Virus record (IMG/VR): IMGVR_UViG_3300029953_000002
DNA from: an uncultured virus (IMG/VR IMGVR_UViG_3300029953_000002)
Lineage: Duplodnaviria; Heunggongvirae; Uroviricota; Caudoviricetes
Length of the DNA stretch: 64,000 nt
Direction: 5' to 3' (one strand)
The notes under the pieces were generated by a model. That model was not told where the DNA came from and made no database searches. It saw only the letters and a program-made list of their open reading frames with translations. Below, in pieces: positions 20,991 to 30,335 of this stretch. Every line of letters starts with the position of its first letter. Within the stretch, counting starts at the first letter, position 1. The position numbers and the translations under genes are program-made.

Positions 20991-22664
20991 TTAAATCTCA
21001 ATTGCTTCGATTTCACCAACCCAATGTTCTGATGTCAGCTTATCAGCTGCAAACGCTGCGATAATCTTAAAAACATCATCACTGAAACCACCGATGTTCA
21101 GAATATCATTACGTTCTGATGCCTGAGTTGTTCCGTTTGGTGTAATGTCAATGCATACTAATTTCGCTTTTGGATTGTTAACTTTGAATTTATTCCAAAG
21201 CTGCATCACGCCAGTACCTCGACGGCTATTGATCGAATTAAACCATGATTCATTATCCGACACATAGATAACGAGATCAGTCGTAAAGTTATTAGCAATC
21301 ATGAAAGCCAAAGGAGCCGCGCAGTTCGTGCTACCGCCGCGAATACTAGCCAGCTTACTAGCATTTGTCATCACAGTGTCACGAGGATTCAATTTAACAC
21401 TTGTATTGATATCCCCTTCGAACGGAACAACTCCTACACGTCCTGGATTCTTACGCATGAACGCAGCAGCTACCAAGCCAGCAACATCAATACAACGCGC
21501 AGCGGTAGTAGCTGTGCCACGATTACCAGTAACAGCATTGGACATTGAACCAGAAACGTCAGGAAATACGGCAATGCTCCCAGGTACTTCAGGAACGTTC
21601 ACCAATGACAACTCCAAAGCATCCTGAAGCGCTTCTTTGATCTTGTATGGAATATCAGTAGACTGACTAGTGGCAAGATACGCCATCAATAGCTGATATG
21701 GAAATACACGTGCCTTTGCAATCGCTTCTGGATCTACCAATCGAGCAGCAATCACATCAGTCATACCTTCCAGTTTAAATACCCCGTGACGCGCAAAGGT
21801 ATTCAAATTCATACGGATCATGTGCCAGCCAGCATTGTGAGCAATAGCAGCCCAATCTGTGTCCGATAGTTCCAACGCAGTCAGCATCTGAAACGGTACT
21901 TCTGGGATCGGATTCTTTCGATCTTTCTTGTACGCTTCGAATGCAGCTGTGATCGGAGGCAGATTAGCACTCTCGTATGGTTTGCCAATTACCCATGCAA
22001 AGAATGCTTCACGTTGAACACCAGTAATGCTGGAATATTTTGCTTTAAATTCCGCCTCACTAACTTCGATGTGAAGACTACCATTTACTACCGATACAGT
22101 CTCTGGCGGATACTCTACAGGCTTAAGAATAGGCTTCGGGTGAACCATCTTAATCACATCTGCCAGCGATGGATTAGTCCCAACGTACGCCGACAACAAT
22201 TCCTTTTCTGATGCCGAAGTCAACCAGTTCTGGACTAGACGCTTAGTACGAGTACCAAGAGATTTACGACCAGTAGCACCAGACCGCATAATTTGCACGA
22301 AGTTACGCAACATCTTACCGTTGTTAATAACACGCTTAAAGACTGGTGTGACTTCGTCAGCACCACGACTTGCGAGTGTGGCCGCGAGTAATGCGGGCAT
22401 ATCTTTCATGAATCCGCGTTCACGGCAATAGACCGCTACCTTGGCGACGAACGATGGATCATTCTTGGCGCATAGCTCCAAGACTTTTTCGAGTTGTGTA
22501 TCTGCCGATGCGTAGAATGTCGCATTTAAGCAGCCTGTCGCAGCATATTGTGCCAAAGCATGTTTATCACTGAACGCATATGCCGGAGCACCTGCATCAT
22601 TCAGGACATTAGTATTAGGGATCATCTGACCCCGAGTAGTTTGGAACAATTGGGTATTAACCAT
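20991..22664 (-). CDS. rsr: Ro60/TROVE-domain ribonucleoprotein (Rsr-like) with C-terminal vWA domain
   Basis: N-terminal N.AG..AY, HEAT-like TROVE region (ARVFPYQL), vWA MIDAS DVSGSM, GGSTNC, SDNESW, IGGFSDDVF. Confidence 0.93.
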   Translation of the reverse strand: MVNTQLFQTTRGQMIPNTNVLNDAGAPAYAFSDKHALAQYAATGCLNATFYASADTQLEKVLELCAKNDPSFVAKVAVYCRERGFMKDMPALLAATLASRGADEVTPVFKRVINNGKMLRNFVQIMRSGATGRKSLGTRTKRLVQNWLTSASEKELLSAYVGTNPSLADVIKMVHPKPILKPVEYPPETVSVVNGSLHIEVSEAEFKAKYSSITGVQREAFFAWVIGKPYESANLPPITAAFEAYKKDRKNPIPEVPFQMLTALELSDTDWAAIAHNAGWHMIRMNLNTFARHGVFKLEGMTDVIAARLVDPEAIAKARVFPYQLLMAYLATSQSTDIPYKIKEALQDALELSLVNVPEVPGSIAVFPDVSGSMSNAVTGNRGTATTAARCIDVAGLVAAAFMRKNPGRVGVVPFEGDINTSVKLNPRDTVMTNASKLASIRGGSTNCAAPLAFMIANNFTTDLVIYVSDNESWFNSINSRRGTGVMQLWNKFKVNNPKAKLVCIDITPNGTTQASERNDILNIGGFSDDVFKIIAAFAADKLTSEHWVGEIEAIEI

Positions 22665-22721
22665 TTTGCATTTCCTTTTATTTTGTATTTGTTATTAGAA
22701 AAAAAATTATTATATAAAACA

Positions 22722-22750
22722 TCCTGGGGAAAATTACACTTCCCCCAGGA
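22722..22750 (-). terminator. GC-rich hairpin upstream of Ro60
   Basis: tcctgggga/tcccccagga near-perfect arms followed by TGTTTT on minus strand. Confidence 0.55.
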
Positions 22751-23422
22751 CTTCCTGCTGTATGACATTACCTAACACCGTTACGAGCGGTGGGGTTATC
22801 TATGTCCAAGTTCACCCATCTAGTCAAGGCGCTATTATTCATAGCGACAGGTAACATTCTAGTCATGACTGGCCAGTCATGGACTTACGAATGCTCAAGC
22901 TAAGTCTATGTGTACTACAATGGTTCCGTAAACAACGCGCTATTCATGCTACGGGTTAACTACCAAGCGCTATCATTTACCACTAGATCTATTCCCGAAG
23001 CATCCCTATAATCCACCAAAAGTTTGTAGGGTATAAATTGTTACTTCCATTTCGTCTTTAGTCCTCAAACCACCACGTACTGACTATACAGGTAGTAAGA
23101 GGAAACTTCTATTTTAGTTTCAATGAGTTGCCAATTCTCATCTATCTGATTCAGATTTCCCTTTCAGGATTATCATAGTTCAGCGCACTATTAATCGAAC
23201 TACCAAGACCAAGTGCACCTAGGATTGATCTGGATGGTAATTCTAAGACATCCGGGAACCTAGTAATTGAATGTCCTACGCAGAGTCACGGAGACAGTTC
23301 TGCACCTCGATTTTTGAGTCTTTCAAGTAATAATAGTAAGATAGTATTCACTGTGCTTCCAGAATACCAAGTTAATGATCTTACGTTGCTCCTTCTTTAA
23401 GCGACTCGTTCCCCACTCTTAA

Positions 23423-23580
23423 GATAAATAGACAGGCGTCGAACCTGTGACCCCTTTTTCGTACTCTCACAACCCCATGTAGCTTTCGGCAGTTCTTGCA
23501 TTTCAGCAAGCTGTACGGCTACTTCGCATCCGTCATGATTTCCTACTTCAGCGCTCTACCAACCTGAGCTACTATTTATC
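23423..23580 (-). ncRNA. tRNA-like RNA with ~80 extra nt in place of the anticodon arm
   Basis: 9-bp closing stem, canonical D arm TAGCTCAGGTTGGTAGAGC and T arm ACAGGTTCGACGCCTGT, 104 nt between them; no encoded CCA. Confidence 0.65.
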
Positions 23581-24519
23581 AAACAAGTATCGACATAACC
23601 AAATCTAGAATTAATAACGGCTCGTTCCCTTAACCTTCCGAATTAAAAGTCCCCACCTCTATCTTTCCTAAATTAAGCTTATACACTTTCCCAAGTGTTT
23701 TGCAAGTTACCCGAATCTACTTGCTATTTTCACACTAATGAAGAAGGACGCTATTTCAAGGTTGACTGTTTTATGACTTCTTCAATATTCATATTACATC
23801 CAACCTTTCTACACATCCGCAACAGTGTGTTCGGTCATACATCAATCAGTCCAAGGAGGCGGTTTTACTCAACGGCACGGATGGCGCGTGTTCTGTATCC
23901 ATGACAGTAGAAACCTTTTTCATGATTGACATATCAAATTTGTAATTCAATTTAAATCTGTTCGTGCTCTGAACATACGCCCAGTTAGTTTGTTATTAAG
24001 CACCTCACGTTTCCAATCAAACGTTACTGGCGGGTCCATGTGTATACGAGACATATCTGATATATCCATATTGCGATACTCATTTACACTATCGTACGAT
24101 GTTGCTGGAATATCTCGTTCAGTGCTCATCAACATTCCTTAGTTATTCCCGCAACGCTTTCCAAACTTCGCGTTTATTGGTACGGTTAGTGGCACACCCG
24201 ATTAATAAAAGGGTTGTAAGCTTTTACTAATCACTGCTCGCATTGCCAGGCAGTTCTATTCTTCATTATGAAGTTTGGTCATTGTTTACTGAAGTAGGAA
24301 TCGAACCTACAATTGATCAATCTCGACCACACCCAATGACAGGCAGCCAATGTTAATTCACTGACAACGATCTGCGTAACCTTTCGGTTTTTCTTATCAG
24401 CTTTCACTGACGCGTCGTAGGGTATACCTTATTCCCCCATTCATCTTCATAACTGTTGCTCTTTACTACTACAATTCTGTAAAAAGAAATACAGGGAAAG
24501 TATTGCTACCTTCCCTGTA

Positions 24520-24714
24520 CCCTGTCAACTCTTCTGGTAACAAAGACTAACTTACGTTAGTGAGTTGACGACTTCGGACTAAGCCGCGAGGCGTTGGTCG
24601 TAAGTGCTATCGTTAGATGCATTTATTGATTACCGACTTTTATTAACGACAATAATCGATTTTGTCGTGAGGTTGACATTCACTTATTTACCCAATCGAA
24701 ACCAGGTCTGGCCC
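24520..24714 (-). ncRNA. ssrA: two-piece tmRNA, coding piece (tag ASNDSTYDQRLAA, 24620..24579)
   Basis: 5' GGGCCAGACCTGGTTTCGATTGGG resembles tmRNA 5' ends; ATAAAT-GCA resume context; tag ends LAA*; 3' boundary approximate. Confidence 0.88.
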
Positions 24715-24744
24715 ATCACATATAAACTATTTAAAATATACATG

Positions 24745-25110
24745 TGGTGGACCAGGGCAGACACTTCGCTGTGGACTATTCCTTCATCTCAAAAATGAGA
24801 GGGTGGCATTTATAGATAAACAACTATCTATCCTAGTTACTCCGTGGTAATAACTACTTTAGGAGTCCTATGAGTCTCTAGACCGTCGCAGACCTTTCGA
24901 ATCTGTTTTGGTACGGTGTTATACATTACTGTACTTTCGCCGTTTGAGCCACCTTTAGCACTAGGAGTCACCTCCTAGGTCGACTATACTTTCGTTGATC
25001 GAACTGCCGTCTTGAGTACATCTGCTTCAGCCTTCAAAATGTTCAAAATATTCTGGGTTACGCAGGTATCCCTCTAGGACTTACTAGAGATCGGCCTACA
25101 ATAATCAGTT
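24745..25110 (-). ncRNA. ssrA: two-piece tmRNA, acceptor piece (intron-interrupted T arm, CCA end)
   Basis: spliced form GGCAG-TTCGATT-CTGCC-CTGGTCC-A-CCA pairs with GGGCCAG giving G3.U70; 5' boundary approximate. Confidence 0.85.
24762..24997 (-). mobile_element. group I intron (236 nt, no ORF) in the tmRNA T-loop
   Basis: 5' exon ends in U, intron ends in G; P1 TCGAT/GTCGA; R-like CTAGAGACTCATA and S-like GAAGGAATAGTCC elements. Confidence 0.82.
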
Positions 25111-25157
25111 TCCTAAAAACATTCATACCTACAATTCTTTAATACTTTAAAAATATG

Positions 25158-25245
25158 TGGCGGAAACGGTGGGATTCGAACCCACGGAACCTTTCGATTC
25201 GCTGGTTTTCAAGACCAGAGCCATAGACCACTCGACCACATTTCC
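25158..25245 (-). tRNA. tRNA-Ser(UGA)
   Basis: cloverleaf with long variable arm, anticodon loop CTTGAAA, G73, CCA. Confidence 0.93.
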
Positions 25246-25307
25246 TTGTTATGCTGGTTTCCGTTCCAGCTTATAGAGCCTTCCCTATTCGGTAACTGCA
25301 AAAATTA

Positions 25308-25382
25308 TGGTAGGTCTATCTGGGAACTATCCAGATTCTATCGATTATGAGTCGATTGCTTCAGCCTTAAAGCTTTAGACCC
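25308..25382 (-). tRNA. tRNA with CAU anticodon (Ile2-like or Met), atypical T-loop
   Basis: ATCGA-CTCATAA-TCGAT anticodon arm, CCA; T-loop ATAGTTC. Confidence 0.78.
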
Positions 25383-26015
25383 AAAAAACTATTAATTTCA
25401 AATATTATCCATTAGATTCAAGTGTGCAAAACCTAAACCCAACAGGCAATATTCGAATATCACTTCTCTTAGATAGTTCGTCTCGAGCAGAGACACTTAC
25501 GTTTCTAATTTTTTTATCAGCATTATCCCAAGCTATCATGAAACTTTGCCTATAGCACTATTCACTTGGAGTCTACGGGAGATATTCTTCCCTTATCCTA
25601 TTCGACGTAGAACATACGTTTCACGCAAACGATCAACAGCAATAAAGACTTCAGGGCTATACAGGTTGATTCCGTTAAGTCCTATAACTAAGCAGTTACT
25701 TCACTCCCCGCAGATATAGTCTGTGGAAAGAATTAGTCGTCTACAACGTCACTGCTCCAACATGCAAGATTTTCCAATCACAGAGGCTACTCGATGATTT
25801 AGCGTGTGCTGCTGTTATCTTGCTACGAAGTGTTTTGCTCCGTGCATTCTTTAAATAGTAACTATCGTTATAGCTAATAGTGATAAAAAGTAATATGAAG
25901 TTTACCCATGTCACTACCCCGCAAGTCCCAAGAATAATCGTCAGTTATGTATTCCCAACGCATTATCATGAGCCAGATCCCTTGCAGTAGGACCATGTTC
26001 TTACAACTTTAATAA

Positions 26016-26709
26016 TGGTACGAGAAGCCGGACTTGAACCGGCACGCCATCTTCCGATTAAGCGGCGGATTTTACCTACTACCACGATTTTCATCGCCAG
26101 TTAGAAGCAGAATGACACTCTTCTATTTATGTACCCAAATTTATATTTTCCCTGGATATACTGTTCGTAGTCTGGAACATGCTATCGCCATAATGCGCAG
26201 ATTCGAACTGCAATGGTTCTTAAGGTCCCATTCCGTCATCTTAGGCATTCCGTCTCTGTTCTCTACACCTTCAAAATGCGCGGATTTGACCGCTAAAACA
26301 CAACCCTTAGAGGAATCATCAATAGTACCTCTGATTTTTATCAAACGGACTTGACCGTGACTGGGAGTGATACATTAAGCTTGGCTCGGCGTTGGCAAAC
26401 AGGTTAATAAAGCTTATAGAAAGTGGAATGGATGGATGGGGTTGCTTACCCACACCACTGCCGGCCACCTTCGTCCTTATTATTACATACTTAGGCTTTC
26501 TGATCCTGTTAAAGCGTTCGCCGAATTTACGGAAATACTATCTACGTCTTTCGATTGAGATGTTACGCCAAATACGTTTTTCTCTGGCAAATCCTATATT
26601 TCAAGGAAGTGTTCGATTACCCGCTAATTCCATAAGATGACTACCAACTCATTTTTCGTAGATGACCCATTAAAGAGTCCGCTGTGTCTACCAATTTCAC
26701 CATTCTCGC
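26016..26709 (-). tRNA. tRNA-Leu(UAA) split by a group I intron (exons 26709-26676 and 26074-26016)
   Basis: spliced anticodon arm GCGGA-CT|TAAAA-TCCGC, Leu-type D arm and long variable arm, CCA. Confidence 0.88.
26075..26675 (-). mobile_element. group I intron (601 nt) after U33 of tRNA-Leu
   Basis: P AAATTCGGCGAA, Q AACGCCGAGCCAAG, R GTGTAGAGAACAGAGACGGAA, S GATAGCATGTTCC; terminal G. Confidence 0.85.
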
Positions 26710-26991
26710 ATTTAAACTTTTACAACAAACTCATTGATTGCCGAACTTGTTTCCACCAATCGTTAGATCCTGGCGTATAACCCATGCTAGTTGCAATACT
26801 AGCGCAGTGATCCCAAACATGCTGTGTAATCTTTGCTTTCACGACTACTCCTTTGTTCAGAAGATGAATGCAGTCAGTATATTTCTACCGACCACTCTTT
26901 AATCTGATTATCCGATCCAATTCATCGGTAAACGCTATTCGTCCTGATCGATCTGTAATTAAATACATAGAACGAGACTTACTCTCACTCT

Positions 26992-27093
26992 AGTTATATA
27001 TGGCTGAAATATTCTAGAATCGAATATTTTTAAATACTTATTAAAATAGGAACATCCTCACTATAAGGATATATGTCTAAAATTTTTTGGAAT
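26992..27093 (-). promoter_or_regulatory. two tandem copies of the promoter-like motif at the head of the RNA island
   Basis: ATTCTAGAATATTTCAGCCATATATAACT and ATTCCAAAAAATTTTAGACATATATCC on minus strand. Confidence 0.6.
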
Positions 27094-27515
27094 ACAGTTA
27101 ACTATGCTTTTTATGGCATTTGTTGTGCAAGAGACACGATTGATTTATCTTCTGCTTCTATTGAAATTTTAATAGTAGCAGTTATACCCTTGATTACGGT
27201 ATAATCTTCAATATCGAACCGATTACCCATTACCATACAACGATTTGCTAACCATGCTTTACCGTGTTCTTCAGCGGTTCCATTTTCATCATCATAGAAA
27301 CTCTTAAGACCAACTGGATCGAATTGATCAAAATGATCTTCAAAATAAATAAAGGAAGTACATTTGTTTAGATGTGCCAAATGTTCTTCATCGCTTATAA
27401 CTTGAACAACATTTGGCATGATAATCCTTTTAGTTATTGAATATATATTGGTGCAAAATATATACCTAACCCGATAAGTTTTTACAAATTAAGTAGTTTG
27501 TTGCATGAACTGTAT

Positions 27516-27920
27516 TTATGCGACTCTAGCTTCGTATTTATCGACAACTGCTTTAATTGTATCGGCTAGTGCTTTCAGGCCTTCTGGTGAATGCACATGG
27601 TAACAGTCACATGCTAGCCCTTTACAGACGTCTCCAGGACTAGGACAACTATCGCGCCCGTATACATGTACATCTTTACCATGCGTGGTGTGTAGAGCTT
27701 CTGCTACCCAGTATTCCCTATTTCTTTCAAAATTCCAACCATGTAAATGACCACGTACTGGAGTTTTTACTTCGCTCGATACCTTTTGAGCACTCCCAAC
27801 AGGAGAACTTATTAAGTTATCTATATACGCACTTATCATTGGAATACCAGCATCACGTAGTTCTTCTTTGAACATGTCGTCAGTGTCAGCATGATCTCTT
27901 GCTCTAATTGGAAAGTTCAT
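27516..27920 (-). CDS. hypothetical protein; N-terminus shared with 29737..30009
   Basis: M.FP..A.DH.DTD.....EL..A in both. Confidence 0.6.
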   Translation of the reverse strand: MNFPIRARDHADTDDMFKEELRDAGIPMISAYIDNLISSPVGSAQKVSSEVKTPVRGHLHGWNFERNREYWVAEALHTTHGKDVHVYGRDSCPSPGDVCKGLACDCYHVHSPEGLKALADTIKAVVDKYEARVA

Positions 27921-28122
27921 TTTAATACTCCATAGTAATTACAATAGTAAAAAAATACTGTAATGGGTTTATATTTTGCTAGTTAGGAGACGTCTTAATT
28001 AGCAGAGACGTCCAACAATGGGGTCTTTGCTGTATTAATATATATTACAGTACTTTAAAGTACTGTAATATCACTTCTTCTTTTGACCTTGTTCTTTACA
28101 AGGTGTTCTCTCTAACATGTCT

Positions 28123-28863
28123 TTAAACTGCTGTTAAGATGTGTTCAGCCTTTACTAGGTCGAATTCGTTATCGGTACGAATACCTGACTCCATATCAAT
28201 CCACCAACGAAAATCAATATCGTCATCTTTATCGCCAATCATTGTTTCTATATTCTGCATAACAGTAACGATATTGTCTGGATTTATTCCGCCAGCAAAA
28301 CCACATGAAACATCTTTATACTCAGATAATAAACTTTTAACTTTCTCTGGGATACTCCATATTTCTGGTACAGTGCCACGACCTCTTGATTCATCTAACA
28401 GAATACCGACTCTCATCATGTCGTATTTATCTAAACAACTAATGAAGTGTAGTATATTCTCTGCTGTATTTTCATTATATTGCAAGATAATATCTGGACC
28501 TAAATCTAGTGATCTTTCATATACTTCTAATACTTCTTTATCTGTAAATTCAATCTTACGGGCATTGATATTTAATTGAATTCTATCAGCCAAACTAATA
28601 AATTTAGGTAGCGTATTGTCTAACAATTCATTAAATGCTAAACTACCACAAAGATGTATTGCTGAAAATTTCCATTTAATACGATTTGATTCAAAGAAAG
28701 AACTATACCACGCTTTCGATGGATTACGTGGTGACCCTAATTTATGTGGAACATAGAGAATTCCCCATTCTACAAATAGGAATTCTCTAGAAAGTTCTGA
28801 TAATACAGAAACATCTATCCTATCGTCTACACCAGTTAATGAAACACGATTAATAATGCTCAT
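28123..28863 (-). CDS. phosphoribosylanthranilate-isomerase-like TIM-barrel protein
   Basis: LLDESRGRG, GFAGGINPDNI, WIDMESGIR motifs. Confidence 0.7.
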   Translation of the reverse strand: MSIINRVSLTGVDDRIDVSVLSELSREFLFVEWGILYVPHKLGSPRNPSKAWYSSFFESNRIKWKFSAIHLCGSLAFNELLDNTLPKFISLADRIQLNINARKIEFTDKEVLEVYERSLDLGPDIILQYNENTAENILHFISCLDKYDMMRVGILLDESRGRGTVPEIWSIPEKVKSLLSEYKDVSCGFAGGINPDNIVTVMQNIETMIGDKDDDIDFRWWIDMESGIRTDNEFDLVKAEHILTAV

Positions 28864-30335
28864 GATATTTCTCCATTGATTAACTAAATGTTTGCAGGTG
28901 GAATTACGTATTGATTTTGTTTTAATGAGCCATTTGCTATTTCAGAGAATTTCATAATAACAAACATACGACATTCTTCTTGTGTTTCTATAACAAGGTC
29001 TATTATTTGATCATCAAATTTCATTATTTCGTCGTTACTTAAACATAATGATCGTTGTAGTGCATTTAATTGTCTATTAAAAACTGTGTTAGCTTTCTCC
29101 CATTCTTCAGATTGCTGGGCATCTTCATCGTCTTTTTGTAAACGAAGCATTGAGAGCGCTTGTGCGGCAATATTTCTTACTTCTATTTCATTTGGTTTTT
29201 TATCAGAGCCTAATAAAATAGCTATTAGTCCTTTTGTTAAAAAATCAATAAAGTGTTTAAATACTTCTTCTTGATCTTGTTTATATATAGCATCTTCATT
29301 GCTCATGATACTCTCCTTTATAAATTAATTAGAAACTCATCTGCTTTCTCAATAGCGTTCCATGCGACTATCTAATCCGAATATTTTAATATTGTACGTG
29401 TGTCGTTCGTGGTTAAAGATACGATGGACATGAATCATGAAGTATCCGATGGTGGGGTGTAGGTCTATAGATAGCCCAGATAGCTCGCTAGGCTCGATAT
29501 GTTGTATATGGAGTAGACGTGCTAGGTCTGGTGCTAAGGCGGCATAGGCAGGCTCTAATACCGCTCTTAAGTCAGATGGTGTAGGTGGTGTTGAAGAAGA
29601 ACTTGTATAAATTAACAATAATGTCAAATCAGATATATATTTTAAAATGATTTTACAAAGTTCTGGTGCAACTGTGACCCTAAATGACTTAGCTCGATGA
29701 ATTTTTAGTTTAGTGTATTCCATCATTTTTCCTATATTAATCAAAAAAGTTTGTTTCACCTGAGAAGGCAATCATTTCATCTTTAGTAATTTTGAATTCA
29801 TCAAAGTCATAGATAGTAGCAGGGTTACATAAGTCAGGATGTTTAGCGTTGATTAAGGCAGCAGCTTCTTCTAGTGAGTTGGCAAATAATAGAACGCCTC
29901 CTTCAAAGCCAGCATCGTACCTGTATGCTTTTAATTCAGCCGCTTCTAATTCAGATCTTAAGATTGCGTCTGTGTCTGGATGGTCACCTGCTTTATTTGG
30001 AAACGTCATTTTACTTCTCCTTTTTCATTTTATCGCAAACAAATAATGTTCACTTACCTTTATTATTTTAACCAAGTTAAATTCATTGGAAGACAGGATA
30101 TGTTCTCTCGACTTGTAATATAGCATACGACTCCAGCCTGATGATCTATGAGCCGTACTATTTCACCATTTGCTTGTCTTACCGTAATAATAAGACGTGC
30201 GCTATCAGTGGCTTCAGCACGTTCAGTATCAGGAGATGGAGATTTATTTGTATCTTGACTATTAGATGATTGAGTACATCCTAGTAAAAATACACAGATA
30301 ATTATTAGTTTTATAAATTTCATTTTACTTTTCCT

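Noticed and set aside
22755..26010. RNase P RNA or group II intron in the unassigned non-coding segments
   Set aside because: I could not find the GAGGAAAGTCC-type P4 strands or a domain V motif by eye; left unassigned.
19422..26640. Short ORFs over the RNA island (19422, 20358, 23695, 23947, 24604, 26034, 26141, 26392)
   Set aside because: They overlap tRNA, tmRNA, intron or Y-like elements, or lack recognisable motifs; no homing-endonuclease signature in either intron.
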